From: a virus
Lineage: Duplodnaviria; Caudoviricetes
Reading direction: 5' to 3' (one strand)
IMG/VR virus record: IMGVR_UViG_3300032216_000678
Coordinates: 1 to 33,791 of that record
Length of the DNA stretch: 33,791 bases
Part shown: piece by piece, positions 8,020-15,885 of the stretch
Layout of the letters: every line of letters starts with the position of its first letter
How positions within the stretch are numbered: position 1 is the stretch's first letter
The notes under the pieces: model-generated
Told to the model about the DNA's origin: nothing
Databases searched by the model: none
Seen by the model: only the letters and a program-made list of their open reading frames with translations
Translations under genes and position numbers: made by a program

Positions 8020-8213
8020 ACAACCTCATCGAGTGGACTAAAAAGATTTACCAGTTGCCAAGCCCACAGATCGTGGCGATGCGTGAACTGGAGGATGCCC
8101 AACGCAGGTTGCTTGCGTCTCAGTCAGCCTTAGAATACGCACAAGCCATGTGTCAGTATCGACAGGCTCAGATCAAGCGGCTCACCGCCGTGCTGAGAAA
8201 GACAGAAGATTAA
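8016..8213 (+). CDS. Hypothetical coiled-coil phage protein
   Basis: ATGA overlap at 8016; RELEDAQRRLLASQSALEYAQAM. Confidence 0.7.
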   Translation: MNNLIEWTKKIYQLPSPQIVAMRELEDAQRRLLASQSALEYAQAMCQYRQAQIKRLTAVLRKTED

Positions 8214-8220
8214 TTGGGGC

Positions 8221-8364
8221 TGTGCAGTTGCATTAGATTTGCGGATCGGGGGGCTGGTAGATGTGAACCCGAATTGCACAATGGAGGTATGCACAGCACA
8301 AGGTATCTGCCTCCATTGATCCAATGCCGCGAACGAGGGGGCGCGGAATCTACCTTACCCCCTC
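8221..8364 (+). ncRNA. Candidate multi-stem, pseudoknotted RNA
   Basis: Six complementary segment pairs in a 175-nt intergenic gap (see findings). Confidence 0.55.
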
Positions 8365-8388
8365 ACCCGTTTAAACATAGGAGAAATT

Positions 8389-8619
8389 ATGATTGCCTTA
8401 ACACCTGAAGAAGAAGCCAAGCTGTTGGAGTTACACGCTGGATTGCAAAATGTATTCGAGACAACCGCCGCACCACCCGAGATGATTTACCCCACCCTCA
8501 TTCGAGCGATGTGTGACTACGCCGTTATGTTTGAAAGCAAGACTGAATTTTTGGATCGAATGAGTTACTGCTTCGATGCGGTGAAGTTTCTTAACCCAAC
8601 ATCTGATGAGGTGCATTGA
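8389..8619 (+). CDS. Hypothetical protein
   Basis: AGGAGA RBS, 76 aa. Confidence 0.7.
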   Translation: MIALTPEEEAKLLELHAGLQNVFETTAAPPEMIYPTLIRAMCDYAVMFESKTEFLDRMSYCFDAVKFLNPTSDEVH

Positions 8620-8903
8620 TGGACACGATTACCCTGAAACCTATTACCCCTGTCTGCGATGTGATCAACCGCCTGAAAATTACAGGTTGGGAGGTCACAA
8701 TATTTGACACGGGGTTTGTCAACGTTGAGTTTGTACTTGCCATCAAGGTCAACCAGTACTTTGACCTATGGCATCTGAGGGGTTTGTTTGATGAGGCTGG
8801 CTTGTACGCTGGTCGATGCAACTACGACCCCCGCGCTGGTTTGGTCTACTTCCCAGACCTAACTGTTGATGGCAAGGCTTACGAACTGATCATCTGCAAA
8901 TGA
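8619..8903 (+). CDS. Hypothetical protein
   Basis: GAGG RBS, TGATG coupling. Confidence 0.65.
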   Translation: MDTITLKPITPVCDVINRLKITGWEVTIFDTGFVNVEFVLAIKVNQYFDLWHLRGLFDEAGLYAGRCNYDPRAGLVYFPDLTVDGKAYELIICK

Positions 8904-9136
8904 CACCCGTTGACGCCATCACCCACCACCACCATGTGTTCTTGAAACAGGCATACGCGCAGGGAGACCATATCAAACTGCACAATGACCTTCGCTTCGT
9001 TCCATTTGGCAAACGCTACATCACCTTCAACGTAATCAACAACCGCTTTGTTGTGTTTAAACATACATCAGTCGGCGAGCGATTCGTTCGATCTTTTGAC
9101 AACATCGCCAGTGCAATGCTGGCATCACGCAAATAA
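8900..9136 (+). CDS. Hypothetical protein
   Basis: ATGA coupling; last gene before the terminator. Confidence 0.6.
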   Translation: MTPVDAITHHHHVFLKQAYAQGDHIKLHNDLRFVPFGKRYITFNVINNRFVVFKHTSVGERFVRSFDNIASAMLASRK

Positions 9137-9164
9137 GAAGGGGGGCTGATGCCCCCCGTTCTTT
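9134..9164. terminator. Likely bidirectional intrinsic terminator
   Basis: GGGGGGC-TGAT-GCCCCCC (9140-9157) with purine-rich and T-rich flanks, between convergent genes. Confidence 0.8.
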
Positions 9165-10857
9165 AAAAGTTGTCCAAACACTCTGCATACGTTCCCGCTG
9201 TCTTGTTGTACAGCATGGTAGTTTCACCCTGAGTCCCAACCCACCGATACCTGCACTTCCACACCGCGACCTCAACAAGAGAGCCTTCCCCCCGATGGAC
9301 TGTAATACCGCAGTCGGTCTTAGCCCACCACGCCATAGAGCCGCTGATTGACATCCCGTCTGGGCGGGGTTGTTCATTGCCAGATCGTGCCATCTTGGAC
9401 GGGTGAGCCACAAACCATGTGTGAACATCATGGGACATACAGAACTTCTTTACCTTGGTCAGCATATTGCTGATTGCCTCGGTCTCTGTGCTGTCCCTGC
9501 GCTCCAGTTCGATGTAGTTGTAGGGGTCGATCAGAAGACCACGCACACCCATACGCTTCACTGCAACTCGAGCGCGGTCAAGGATGGACTCAAGGGTGTT
9601 AGGTTCTTCCCCGTTCGAGTCGATGAATAGGAAATGATCGTGTACCCATTTAAACGCCTTGTTCTTTTCTTCGGCAGTCATCTGATCCCTGCCCTCAAAG
9701 AAACGTTTACACAAGTAGAGTTCCATCAGGCGGGTGATGTGTATCTCTGGCTGATTCTCGAATGAACAGAGGGCGAACTTCCAATCATGCTGACGGGCGA
9801 GGTTGACCATGATCTGGTCAACAAAGTTGGACTTGCCCATCGATGGATAGCCTGTCACCACTGTGAGTTGACCTGTCGCAACTGTATATACCTCATCGAG
9901 GGTCGGGTAACCCGTGCTGAACCCCTTGCCTGTCCCCTTCGCATACAGATCATTGATCTTGTCGAGGTACGTCCCCGCCTCGCTTATGCCTGAAATGGGA
10001 TAGGCTTGGGCTTTGCTGATGACCTCTGCCACGCTATCTTGTGTGGGGTCATCGCTCATGTGGATTTCGTTTAAATCCTTCTTGTCAAACTTGGCGAGTC
10101 GACACTTCTCCTTGCCAATCCTTCTTGCCAGTTCCTCTGCGAGTGCTTGCCCAGCGGGGTCTTGATCTGTGGCTAAGACTACGTAGGGGGCGGCATCAAT
10201 GATCTCTCTGGCATTCCATACGTAGGAGAACTTCTTGTCCTCCGATGGCAGAACCTTTCCATCTGCCACCTTCACAGGTGCGCCCGACGGGACTGATACC
10301 ACGTTGTTTAAACCTAACTCAACTGCGGTCAGGTAATCCATCTCTCCCTCTACGATGATGAGGGGTTCGCCCTTGGCGACATTCTCTATACCAAAAAAGT
10401 CATGCGCCCCGCCCATCTCTTGTGTGAAGTCTTTGTCTTCGATGCTTCGGTACTTTGCTGAGACCAATGCGCCGCCTCGGTAGTAGGGGAAACCAATTGA
10501 CTCTGTCTCCCTGTCAAGCTTTCGGAAATACTTCCGAGCGGAAAACAATTTTGATTTGTCTGCTGTCTGGTTTGAAATGCCTCTGGAGTTTAGGAATGCG
10601 TAATGCTCTGGACGCAGGGCGTTACTTAGGATGACTGGGTTTGGTACTGCGGACAAGGGACGACCCTTCCTTTCAGTTTCTGGTTGAAGTGATCCACTGA
10701 TCTGGCAGTGGTGACAATGGTAGACAACAGCCCCGTCCGACTTGCGGGTGAGGGTCATGTCCTTCATGTTTTTCTTTCTGCGGTCGGGCAGACAGAAGGG
10801 ACATACTACCCGAGTTGTCTCATTGAAATAAGTAGATTCAATGAGTTCGGCAATCAT
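9163..10857 (-). CDS. T7 gp4/Twinkle-like bifunctional DNA primase-helicase
   Basis: Zn-binding CPFC...HCHHC; TOPRIM EGEMD and DQD; SF4 helicase Walker A TGYPSMGKS; IDPYN, VAHP and ISGS motifs. Confidence 0.95.
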   Translation of the reverse strand: MIAELIESTYFNETTRVVCPFCLPDRRKKNMKDMTLTRKSDGAVVYHCHHCQISGSLQPETERKGRPLSAVPNPVILSNALRPEHYAFLNSRGISNQTADKSKLFSARKYFRKLDRETESIGFPYYRGGALVSAKYRSIEDKDFTQEMGGAHDFFGIENVAKGEPLIIVEGEMDYLTAVELGLNNVVSVPSGAPVKVADGKVLPSEDKKFSYVWNAREIIDAAPYVVLATDQDPAGQALAEELARRIGKEKCRLAKFDKKDLNEIHMSDDPTQDSVAEVISKAQAYPISGISEAGTYLDKINDLYAKGTGKGFSTGYPTLDEVYTVATGQLTVVTGYPSMGKSNFVDQIMVNLARQHDWKFALCSFENQPEIHITRLMELYLCKRFFEGRDQMTAEEKNKAFKWVHDHFLFIDSNGEEPNTLESILDRARVAVKRMGVRGLLIDPYNYIELERRDSTETEAISNMLTKVKKFCMSHDVHTWFVAHPSKMARSGNEQPRPDGMSISGSMAWWAKTDCGITVHRGEGSLVEVAVWKCRYRWVGTQGETTMLYNKTAGTYAECLDNF

Positions 10858-11105
10858 TTGATGCTGCCATCTGGATTGCGTTTAAACGAACGATTCGCCG
10901 ATGCAGGCTTCGCTCGCAGGTTGGATCGAACTGTAGTTCCACCCTTGCTTAGAGGGGTCTTGTGATCCACATCTTTACCATCGCCTTTATGGACAACGCC
11001 TTCACGCTCCAGCATTCGCCGAGCCTTGTTACGCTGTGCTCTTTTTTTCTTGACGGCTTCAGTGCCATCGTAGTTTTCGTACTCTTTTTTGTAATCTCTT
11101 GCCAT
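10854..11105 (-). CDS. Small HNH endonuclease-family protein (T7 gp7.7-like)
   Basis: KKRAQRNKARR...GDGKDVDHKTPLSKGG...NL...NRS. Confidence 0.85.
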   Translation of the reverse strand: MARDYKKEYENYDGTEAVKKKRAQRNKARRMLEREGVVHKGDGKDVDHKTPLSKGGTTVRSNLRAKPASANRSFKRNPDGSIK

Positions 11106-11187
11106 GTTGTTTCCTATTGTGAGCGGGGTGTAAATAATACCTTCCGCAAGTTATTTCTACAACGCTTTCACTGCGTCTGCTCGTTCG

Positions 11188-11394
11188 CTATTCATTCGTC
11201 AATTCCAGCTGGTCTCCTCCCTTCACTGATTCGATTTGGACGCCTTTGCCGAGAAGGGTCACTAGGTCATTCTGATCGGCTACACGCACATTGAATGTAG
11301 TGTGCGCCGCATGGTGCATTGCCTGAGCGCGGCTTGATGACCGTACTAGACGGGCTTCAGTCCCGTGATACACGGCGTAAATTCTTTCTTTCAT
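11188..11394 (-). CDS. Hypothetical protein
   Basis: AGGAG RBS; RLVRSSSRAQA...VRVADQNDLV. Confidence 0.75.
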   Translation of the reverse strand: MKERIYAVYHGTEARLVRSSSRAQAMHHAAHTTFNVRVADQNDLVTLLGKGVQIESVKGGDQLELTNE

Positions 11395-11431
11395 GTTGAC
11401 TCCTGTAAATGCCCCCTTGAGGGGCTTTGTT

Positions 11432-11845
11432 AAATTTCACCCAAAGACCCCCCTACCCCAGTGAAGAAGTAGAAGGGAAGGTGCTTCACCCCACATACGT
11501 GGATCATCATGTGACGCATAGCGTCAACCCCTCGGCTTGATGATTCGACCAGCCGCACGGATTATTCGGGAACTGCCCCCTAGCCCATGTGATTGAAGGT
11601 TGGTTCTGTTCGGTGTGGACACATCGGGCACTACCCCTACCCGCCACTCCGTTTACGAATATCAGTGAAGCAATTTGATGTGTGGTTAGTAGCCACACAT
11701 ACCTGTCAACACGACTCGTCCCCCGTCCCACTAGGGTCTGCTCCTTCCAGAGCCAACCTTCAATCACACGGTTGCATACCGTGTACGCTTTCCTTCCGCG
11801 CCACCACGTTGAGGTGCTTGCTATCGTGCGGAGTACGGCTGGGAG
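11432..11845 (-). ncRNA. Candidate large structured RNA (or ssDNA element) upstream of the primase-helicase operon
   Basis: Nested long-range stems 11549-11558/11833-11842 and 11588-11608/11748-11768 plus many local hairpins. Confidence 0.6.
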
Positions 11846-11862
11846 ATAAGAATGTTGAGACG

Positions 11863-11983
11863 AAAAAAAACCGTTAGAACAGACCCCGGTGAGAAAACAT
11901 TGCCTTGTGGGCAACGCCACCCCATACGGGGTCGGAGTCTGATCTAACGGCTTTCGCTTCGCTCGGTTTCTCACGCCTAGCAA
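11863..11983 (-). ncRNA. About 120-nt leader or small RNA ending in a strong intrinsic terminator
   Basis: 22-bp stem 11867-11888/11933-11954 followed by U8 on the minus strand; directly after a consensus promoter. Confidence 0.7.
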
Positions 11984-11988
11984 AACAA

Positions 11989-12016
11989 ATTATACACACT
12001 CTTCAACAAGTGTCAA
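11989..12016 (-). promoter_or_regulatory. Consensus sigma70 promoter
   Basis: TTGACA-16 nt-TATAAT on the minus strand. Confidence 0.85.
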
Positions 12017-12021
12017 TAAGT

Positions 12022-12215
12022 TGTTGGTGGCTCACATGAAGCAGTGGTTATGTTCTTAACTCTTACGGGTTTCAACGGCGCTAACCCGTTGCACCACCAA
12101 CACGGCTGGGGACTATGTAGGGTTGCAAGCCAAAGCTCCCTAGTGTCAGGCTCCACAATCCCCATGCGTGTTGGCGCTGATGTTTACAGTCCATCAGCAC
12201 GACTTCTCGGAGACC
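12022..12215 (-). ncRNA. Candidate structured leader RNA
   Basis: Stems 12097-12114/12157-12174, 12022-12030/12094-12102 and 12176-12198; extended -10 TGgTATATT at 12228-12220. Confidence 0.45.
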
Positions 12216-12331
12216 GCAGAATATACCACAAGGGAGATCACGGCATCCTTTAGAGCCGCTGTATCTAGATTACAGCAAACACTTTTGTGATGTGTTGGTG
12301 TTGATCAGTCACCTAACGCCCATGATCTCTC

Positions 12332-12367
12332 TTGTTGATATGCTTGCCCACGCAAGCATATCAACAA
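12332..12367. repeat. Perfect 16-bp inverted repeat with a 4-nt loop
   Basis: TTGTTGATATGCTTGC-CCAC-GCAAGCATATCAACAA. Confidence 0.95.
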
Positions 12368-12383
12368 AGTCACAAGCTGTCAA
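12355..12383 (-). promoter_or_regulatory. Putative sigma70 promoter
   Basis: TTGACA-17 nt-TATGCT on the minus strand. Confidence 0.7.
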
Positions 12384-12410
12384 GTTCATATGTTTAAACG
12401 TTATGTTACT

Positions 12411-12440
12411 TGTATAGATTATGTATAGATTATGTACAAT
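12411..12440. repeat. 11-bp tandem repeat (about 2.5 copies)
   Basis: TGTATAGATTA TGTATAGATTA TGTACAAT. Confidence 0.8.
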
Positions 12441-12474
12441 ACGTTTACAGCTTTGCAGCTGTATGTTGTTTCTC

Positions 12475-12915
12475 CTATGGATTAGCCCCGACCTTGCGTT
12501 GGGGCTTTTTTTTGGGACTCACCTCTGGGATTTTGTCGATGATGATCTCAGCGCGTGGGTTCTCTGGATCAAGACCCCAGTAAACGTGCCTCTCCTTGAC
12601 CTGTCGGTCGTTCTCATAAATAAACCCCTGCATCAAATCCAAGATCAAAGACTCATCCAAGTCGGGTCTCCTTGATGCGTAGTGAATCCACATCGTCACC
12701 CGCAGATCACCAGACATCAGCACCGGCAGCTGCGTGCATTGCTGTTTAAACATGTCAGAGTAGTTAAGAGCCTTCTGCGACTTGATCAGCCTCGACACCC
12801 CTCCGTACCTGACCAGCTTGCGACTGTTCGCCTTGGATGCAGGTTCCCCATAAATAATTATTGATAGGGATTGCAACTCATCACTAATTGTAGTATCATT
12901 CACTTTGTCAGTCAT
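12475..12915 (-). CDS. rusA: RusA-like Holliday junction resolvase
   Basis: GEPASKANSR...RRPDLD...ILDLMQG..YENDRQV...NPRAEI. The start may instead be the TTG at 12876. Confidence 0.85.
   Translation of the reverse strand: MTDKVNDTTISDELQSLSIIIYGEPASKANSRKLVRYGGVSRLIKSQKALNYSDMFKQQCTQLPVLMSGDLRVTMWIHYASRRPDLDESLILDLMQGFIYENDRQVKERHVYWGLDPENPRAEIIIDKIPEVSPKKKPQRKVGANP
12871..12899 (+). promoter_or_regulatory. Putative sigma70 promoter for the recombination operon
   Basis: TTGCAA-17 nt-TATCAT, 35 nt upstream of the ATG at 12935. Confidence 0.65.
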
Positions 12916-12934
12916 AAAACACCTTGGAGAAAAC

Positions 12935-13789
12935 ATGAAAATTACGAACGTTCACGGGGTACCTGCACCGCTTGTTACTCTAGCAGAAGCCCAATACTAC
13001 AGCAAGGGGAAGAGTGACTACAGCGTCACTGAATTGATGTCTCCCCCTCGAGTACGCAGACTTCAAGAGAAGCACGACAACGAGGTTGTTCAGGACGTCA
13101 CAACCATGATGTGGTCGATGCTTGGCTCTGCGCTCCATGTGGTTATGGAGCGTGGGGAAACAAAGGGGTGGACGTCAGAGGAGCGTTTGTTTACCACGGT
13201 GGATGGGATGATCATCTCTGGCGCAATCGATCTCCAAGAGGACACCCCCGATGGGGTGATCATCCATGATTACAAGTTCACCTCTGCGTGGGCTGTGATG
13301 AATGAGAAGATTGAATGGGAACAGCAACTCAATGTGTACAAGTGGTTGGTTGAGACGGTCAAGAAGCGTAAGGTGGTTGGCCTTCGCATCTGTTCCCTGA
13401 TCCGTGACTTCAGCCGCCACGATGTTCGCCCAGACTATCCAGAGGCACCTATCCATATGTTGGATATCCCGATGTGGGATTCCTACAAAACCGAGGCTTA
13501 CATCAGGGAGCGTTTAAACATGCACCGTGATGCCAAGCTTGCCGCAGACTTCAACGAGGAACTACCCCAATGTTCCCCGCAGGAGAGGTGGATGTCGGAG
13601 ACGACATACGCCGTCAAAAGAGAGGGTCGCAAGACAGCGATCCGTGTTTATAAAACCATAGAAGAAGCCAATCAGTTGGCAGAAAAGGAAAAAGGCTATG
13701 TCGAAACCCGACTTGGAGAACCCAAGCGATGCACCGGAAATTATTGCGGTGTCGCCGAGTTCTGCGATCAGTATCACAAAGGAGAATAA
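12935..13789 (+). CDS. PD-(D/E)XK exonuclease (Cas4/RecB-like)
   Basis: GSALH...EERL...SGAID...HDYK...QLNVY and C-terminal Cys cluster; GGAGA RBS. Confidence 0.9.
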   Translation: MKITNVHGVPAPLVTLAEAQYYSKGKSDYSVTELMSPPRVRRLQEKHDNEVVQDVTTMMWSMLGSALHVVMERGETKGWTSEERLFTTVDGMIISGAIDLQEDTPDGVIIHDYKFTSAWAVMNEKIEWEQQLNVYKWLVETVKKRKVVGLRICSLIRDFSRHDVRPDYPEAPIHMLDIPMWDSYKTEAYIRERLNMHRDAKLAADFNEELPQCSPQERWMSETTYAVKREGRKTAIRVYKTIEEANQLAEKEKGYVETRLGEPKRCTGNYCGVAEFCDQYHKGE

Positions 13790-13790
13790 G

Positions 13791-14444
13791 ATGAACTCAT
13801 CTAACTTACTTGGCATCAATGTCAATGAACACGCCGAGAAAAAGAACGGCTTAACGTACCTGTCATGGGCGTGGGCGTGGGATCAAATCCTACGTGCTGA
13901 TCCTCAAGCTAACTACGAGGTGAAAACCTTCGGTGATCTCCCGTATATGCGGGTCGGCGAGTCTGCGATGGTGTGGGTCACTGTTACTGTGTTTGGCAAG
14001 CCCGTCACTGTGCAGTTGCCTGTGATTGACTACCGCAACAAATGCATTGCTACACCGAATGCTTTTGACATCAATACCTCCATCATGCGCTGTCTCACCA
14101 AAGGCATTGCAATGCATGGGCTGGGTCTGTACATCTATGCGGGAGAAGACCTGCCAATGGACACCGCACCGGACGAGCCTGTTCGGATAGTGGTGAACGA
14201 CAAGAAAGGGGAACCTGCCGCCTCAGTGGAATTGACCACAGGCAATGACCATGCAAACGCAGAGTTGTTTGCCGACTCAATGATTCAGTACACCAATACC
14301 TGCAAGACCCTAAAAGGTTTAAACAGCTATTGGAAGAGCAACCAAACCGAGTTGGACAAGCTGAAGGTTTCCCATCCCGACCTCTTTGCACAAGTGCGTG
14401 ACAAGTTTAGCGATCTGAAAAAACAATTTTCTTCACAGGAGTAA
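13791..14444 (+). CDS. Sak/Rad52-like single-strand annealing protein (DUF1071-like)
   Basis: EKKNGLTYLSWAWAW...INTSIMRCLTKGIAMHGLGLYIYAGEDLP. Confidence 0.9.
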   Translation: MNSSNLLGINVNEHAEKKNGLTYLSWAWAWDQILRADPQANYEVKTFGDLPYMRVGESAMVWVTVTVFGKPVTVQLPVIDYRNKCIATPNAFDINTSIMRCLTKGIAMHGLGLYIYAGEDLPMDTAPDEPVRIVVNDKKGEPAASVELTTGNDHANAELFADSMIQYTNTCKTLKGLNSYWKSNQTELDKLKVSHPDLFAQVRDKFSDLKKQFSSQE

Positions 14445-14447
14445 TTT

Positions 14448-14759
14448 ATGAACTATTCAAACAAACCAAAGACCTTCAAGCCCTACCCCGATGGCGGCAG
14501 TCTCAAGTCCACCGGAAGCAAAAAGACCCCAGTCTCCCCCGACTACTGGGGTGATATTGCCATCAACCTGAAAGACATGACCAACGTTCGCGTTGAAGAT
14601 GGCCTGACCATTATTAAGTTGAGCGGCTGGAAGAAGCTGGACAGCACTGGTAAGACCTACCTGTCTCTGGCTGTGAACCGATTTGTTCCCGAGAACACTG
14701 CCCCTGCGCCCAAGCAAAGTGACGACAGTGGCTTTGATGAAATGTCCTCTGACTTCTAA
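14448..14759 (+). CDS. Putative single-stranded DNA-binding protein
   Basis: PDYWG...LSGWKK...YLSL core and an acidic tail ending in DF; follows the annealing protein. Confidence 0.7.
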   Translation: MNYSNKPKTFKPYPDGGSLKSTGSKKTPVSPDYWGDIAINLKDMTNVRVEDGLTIIKLSGWKKLDSTGKTYLSLAVNRFVPENTAPAPKQSDDSGFDEMSSDF

Positions 14760-14768
14760 GGAGCAATC

Positions 14769-15296
14769 ATGGTTAAGAAGTTTATACGCACATACAAAGA
14801 GTATGTCCAACAGTACCCCAATGCTTCATATGAACAGTTCTTTGTTGACACGGGTGGCTCAAGGCAATGCTGGTACAGCGCACGTTACCTGCTGAAAAAG
14901 CAAAAGAAAGATGCAAGACAAACTCTTAAAGAGCATACGACCAAGAAAAAAGAAATGGCAAAAACACATCATGTTGATGAGGGTTTAAACGTTAAAAACA
15001 CTGCACAGCAATCCACAGAAGATCAGTTGGAATACACCCTCAAGAGCGCACCATACCTTGGCAAGAACGATGAGCGCACCTCTCTTGGGATTACGCCCGA
15101 CTTCATCTGGTACGAATCCACCAAGATTCGGAACGAGATCAATGATGTGATTGCACGTAACTCGGCTCGATTCGAGCATTTGGTTCGGGTCATGGAGGAA
15201 CGCTCACGCGAGAATCACATGATGATGAGTCAGTTGCTGGCTGAGAACGCCTCTCTTCGTCGCAGTCTGAAAGACAAAGATGGCACTCCAGTTTGA
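14769..15296 (+). CDS. Hypothetical protein
   Basis: TAAGGAG RBS, 175 aa, coiled-coil C terminus. Confidence 0.75.
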   Translation: MVKKFIRTYKEYVQQYPNASYEQFFVDTGGSRQCWYSARYLLKKQKKDARQTLKEHTTKKKEMAKTHHVDEGLNVKNTAQQSTEDQLEYTLKSAPYLGKNDERTSLGITPDFIWYESTKIRNEINDVIARNSARFEHLVRVMEERSRENHMMMSQLLAENASLRRSLKDKDGTPV

Positions 15297-15320
15297 CAAA
15301 ATACCGTTTTGATCTACAAT
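15293..15320 (+). promoter_or_regulatory. Putative promoter of the inserted endonuclease
   Basis: TTGACA-16 nt-TACAAT, overlapped by inverted repeat 15295-15308/15318-15331. Confidence 0.65.
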
Positions 15321-15342
15321 GGTATTTTGTTAAGGGGATTTT

Positions 15343-15885
15343 ATGAAATGTTATATATGCGGCGCTGACTCCATCAACCGGCATGGTCGTGCAAATCGGT
15401 GTGAAAAACATCATCGATTTGCTCAAATGCAAAAAACCGCCTCCGTTGACGGCAAGTACGTTCCAAGTTTTTATGAGCTGGAAAAGCTTGTTCGGGAGGA
15501 TATGACCTGTCCGGATTGTAGTGTACAGATGCATTGGATTGATGACAACAATCGTTCGTCTGGAGTGGTTCTTCAGCACTACAGAGATGGGACTATTGGT
15601 TTAGTTTGCCATTCATGCAATGTCAAACACGGACAAATGCCCGGAGATATGTATCGTCAGATTCCGAGGGGTCACAAGTTATGCACCGCATGTAAAACCA
15701 TAAAGCCACTGGGTGACTTCAATCTTAGACGTGATTCAAAAAAACCCTATCCGCTGAGCAAATGCAAATCATGCATGAACTCGGCGCAACTTGAATGGCG
15801 AAAAAGAAACCCAGAACAGTACAAAAAACTGACTCAAAAACACAATCAAAAAAGAAAGGAAGCACTTAATGGCACTTCAATTTGA
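15343..15885 (+). mobile_element. Free-standing His-Me finger (HNH/EndoVII-like) homing endonuclease gene
   Basis: CPDC...QHYRDG..GLVCHSCN plus CTAC...CKSC Zn finger; AT-richer than neighbours; flanked by a duplicated gene start. Confidence 0.7.

Noticed and set aside
8221-8364. HDV-like/theta ribozyme reading on the minus strand
   Set aside because: The nested pseudoknot order is similar, but there is no P3 stem or convincing J4/2 catalytic motif, and G-U pairs favour the plus strand. Kept only as an unassigned RNA.
11118-11172. Bulged hairpin between the HNH gene and the upstream ORF
   Set aside because: It is a plausible processing stem, but short and imperfect, with too little evidence to call.
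11507-11983. 158-aa minus-strand ORF
   Set aside because: It starts with TTG at the predicted transcription start with no RBS, crosses a U8 terminator, has no recognisable motif and coincides with extensive RNA stems.
12022-12102. tRNA-like element (TGGTGG...CCACCA)
   Set aside because: No T-loop GTTCRA and no cloverleaf arms. I recognised no tRNA in the window.
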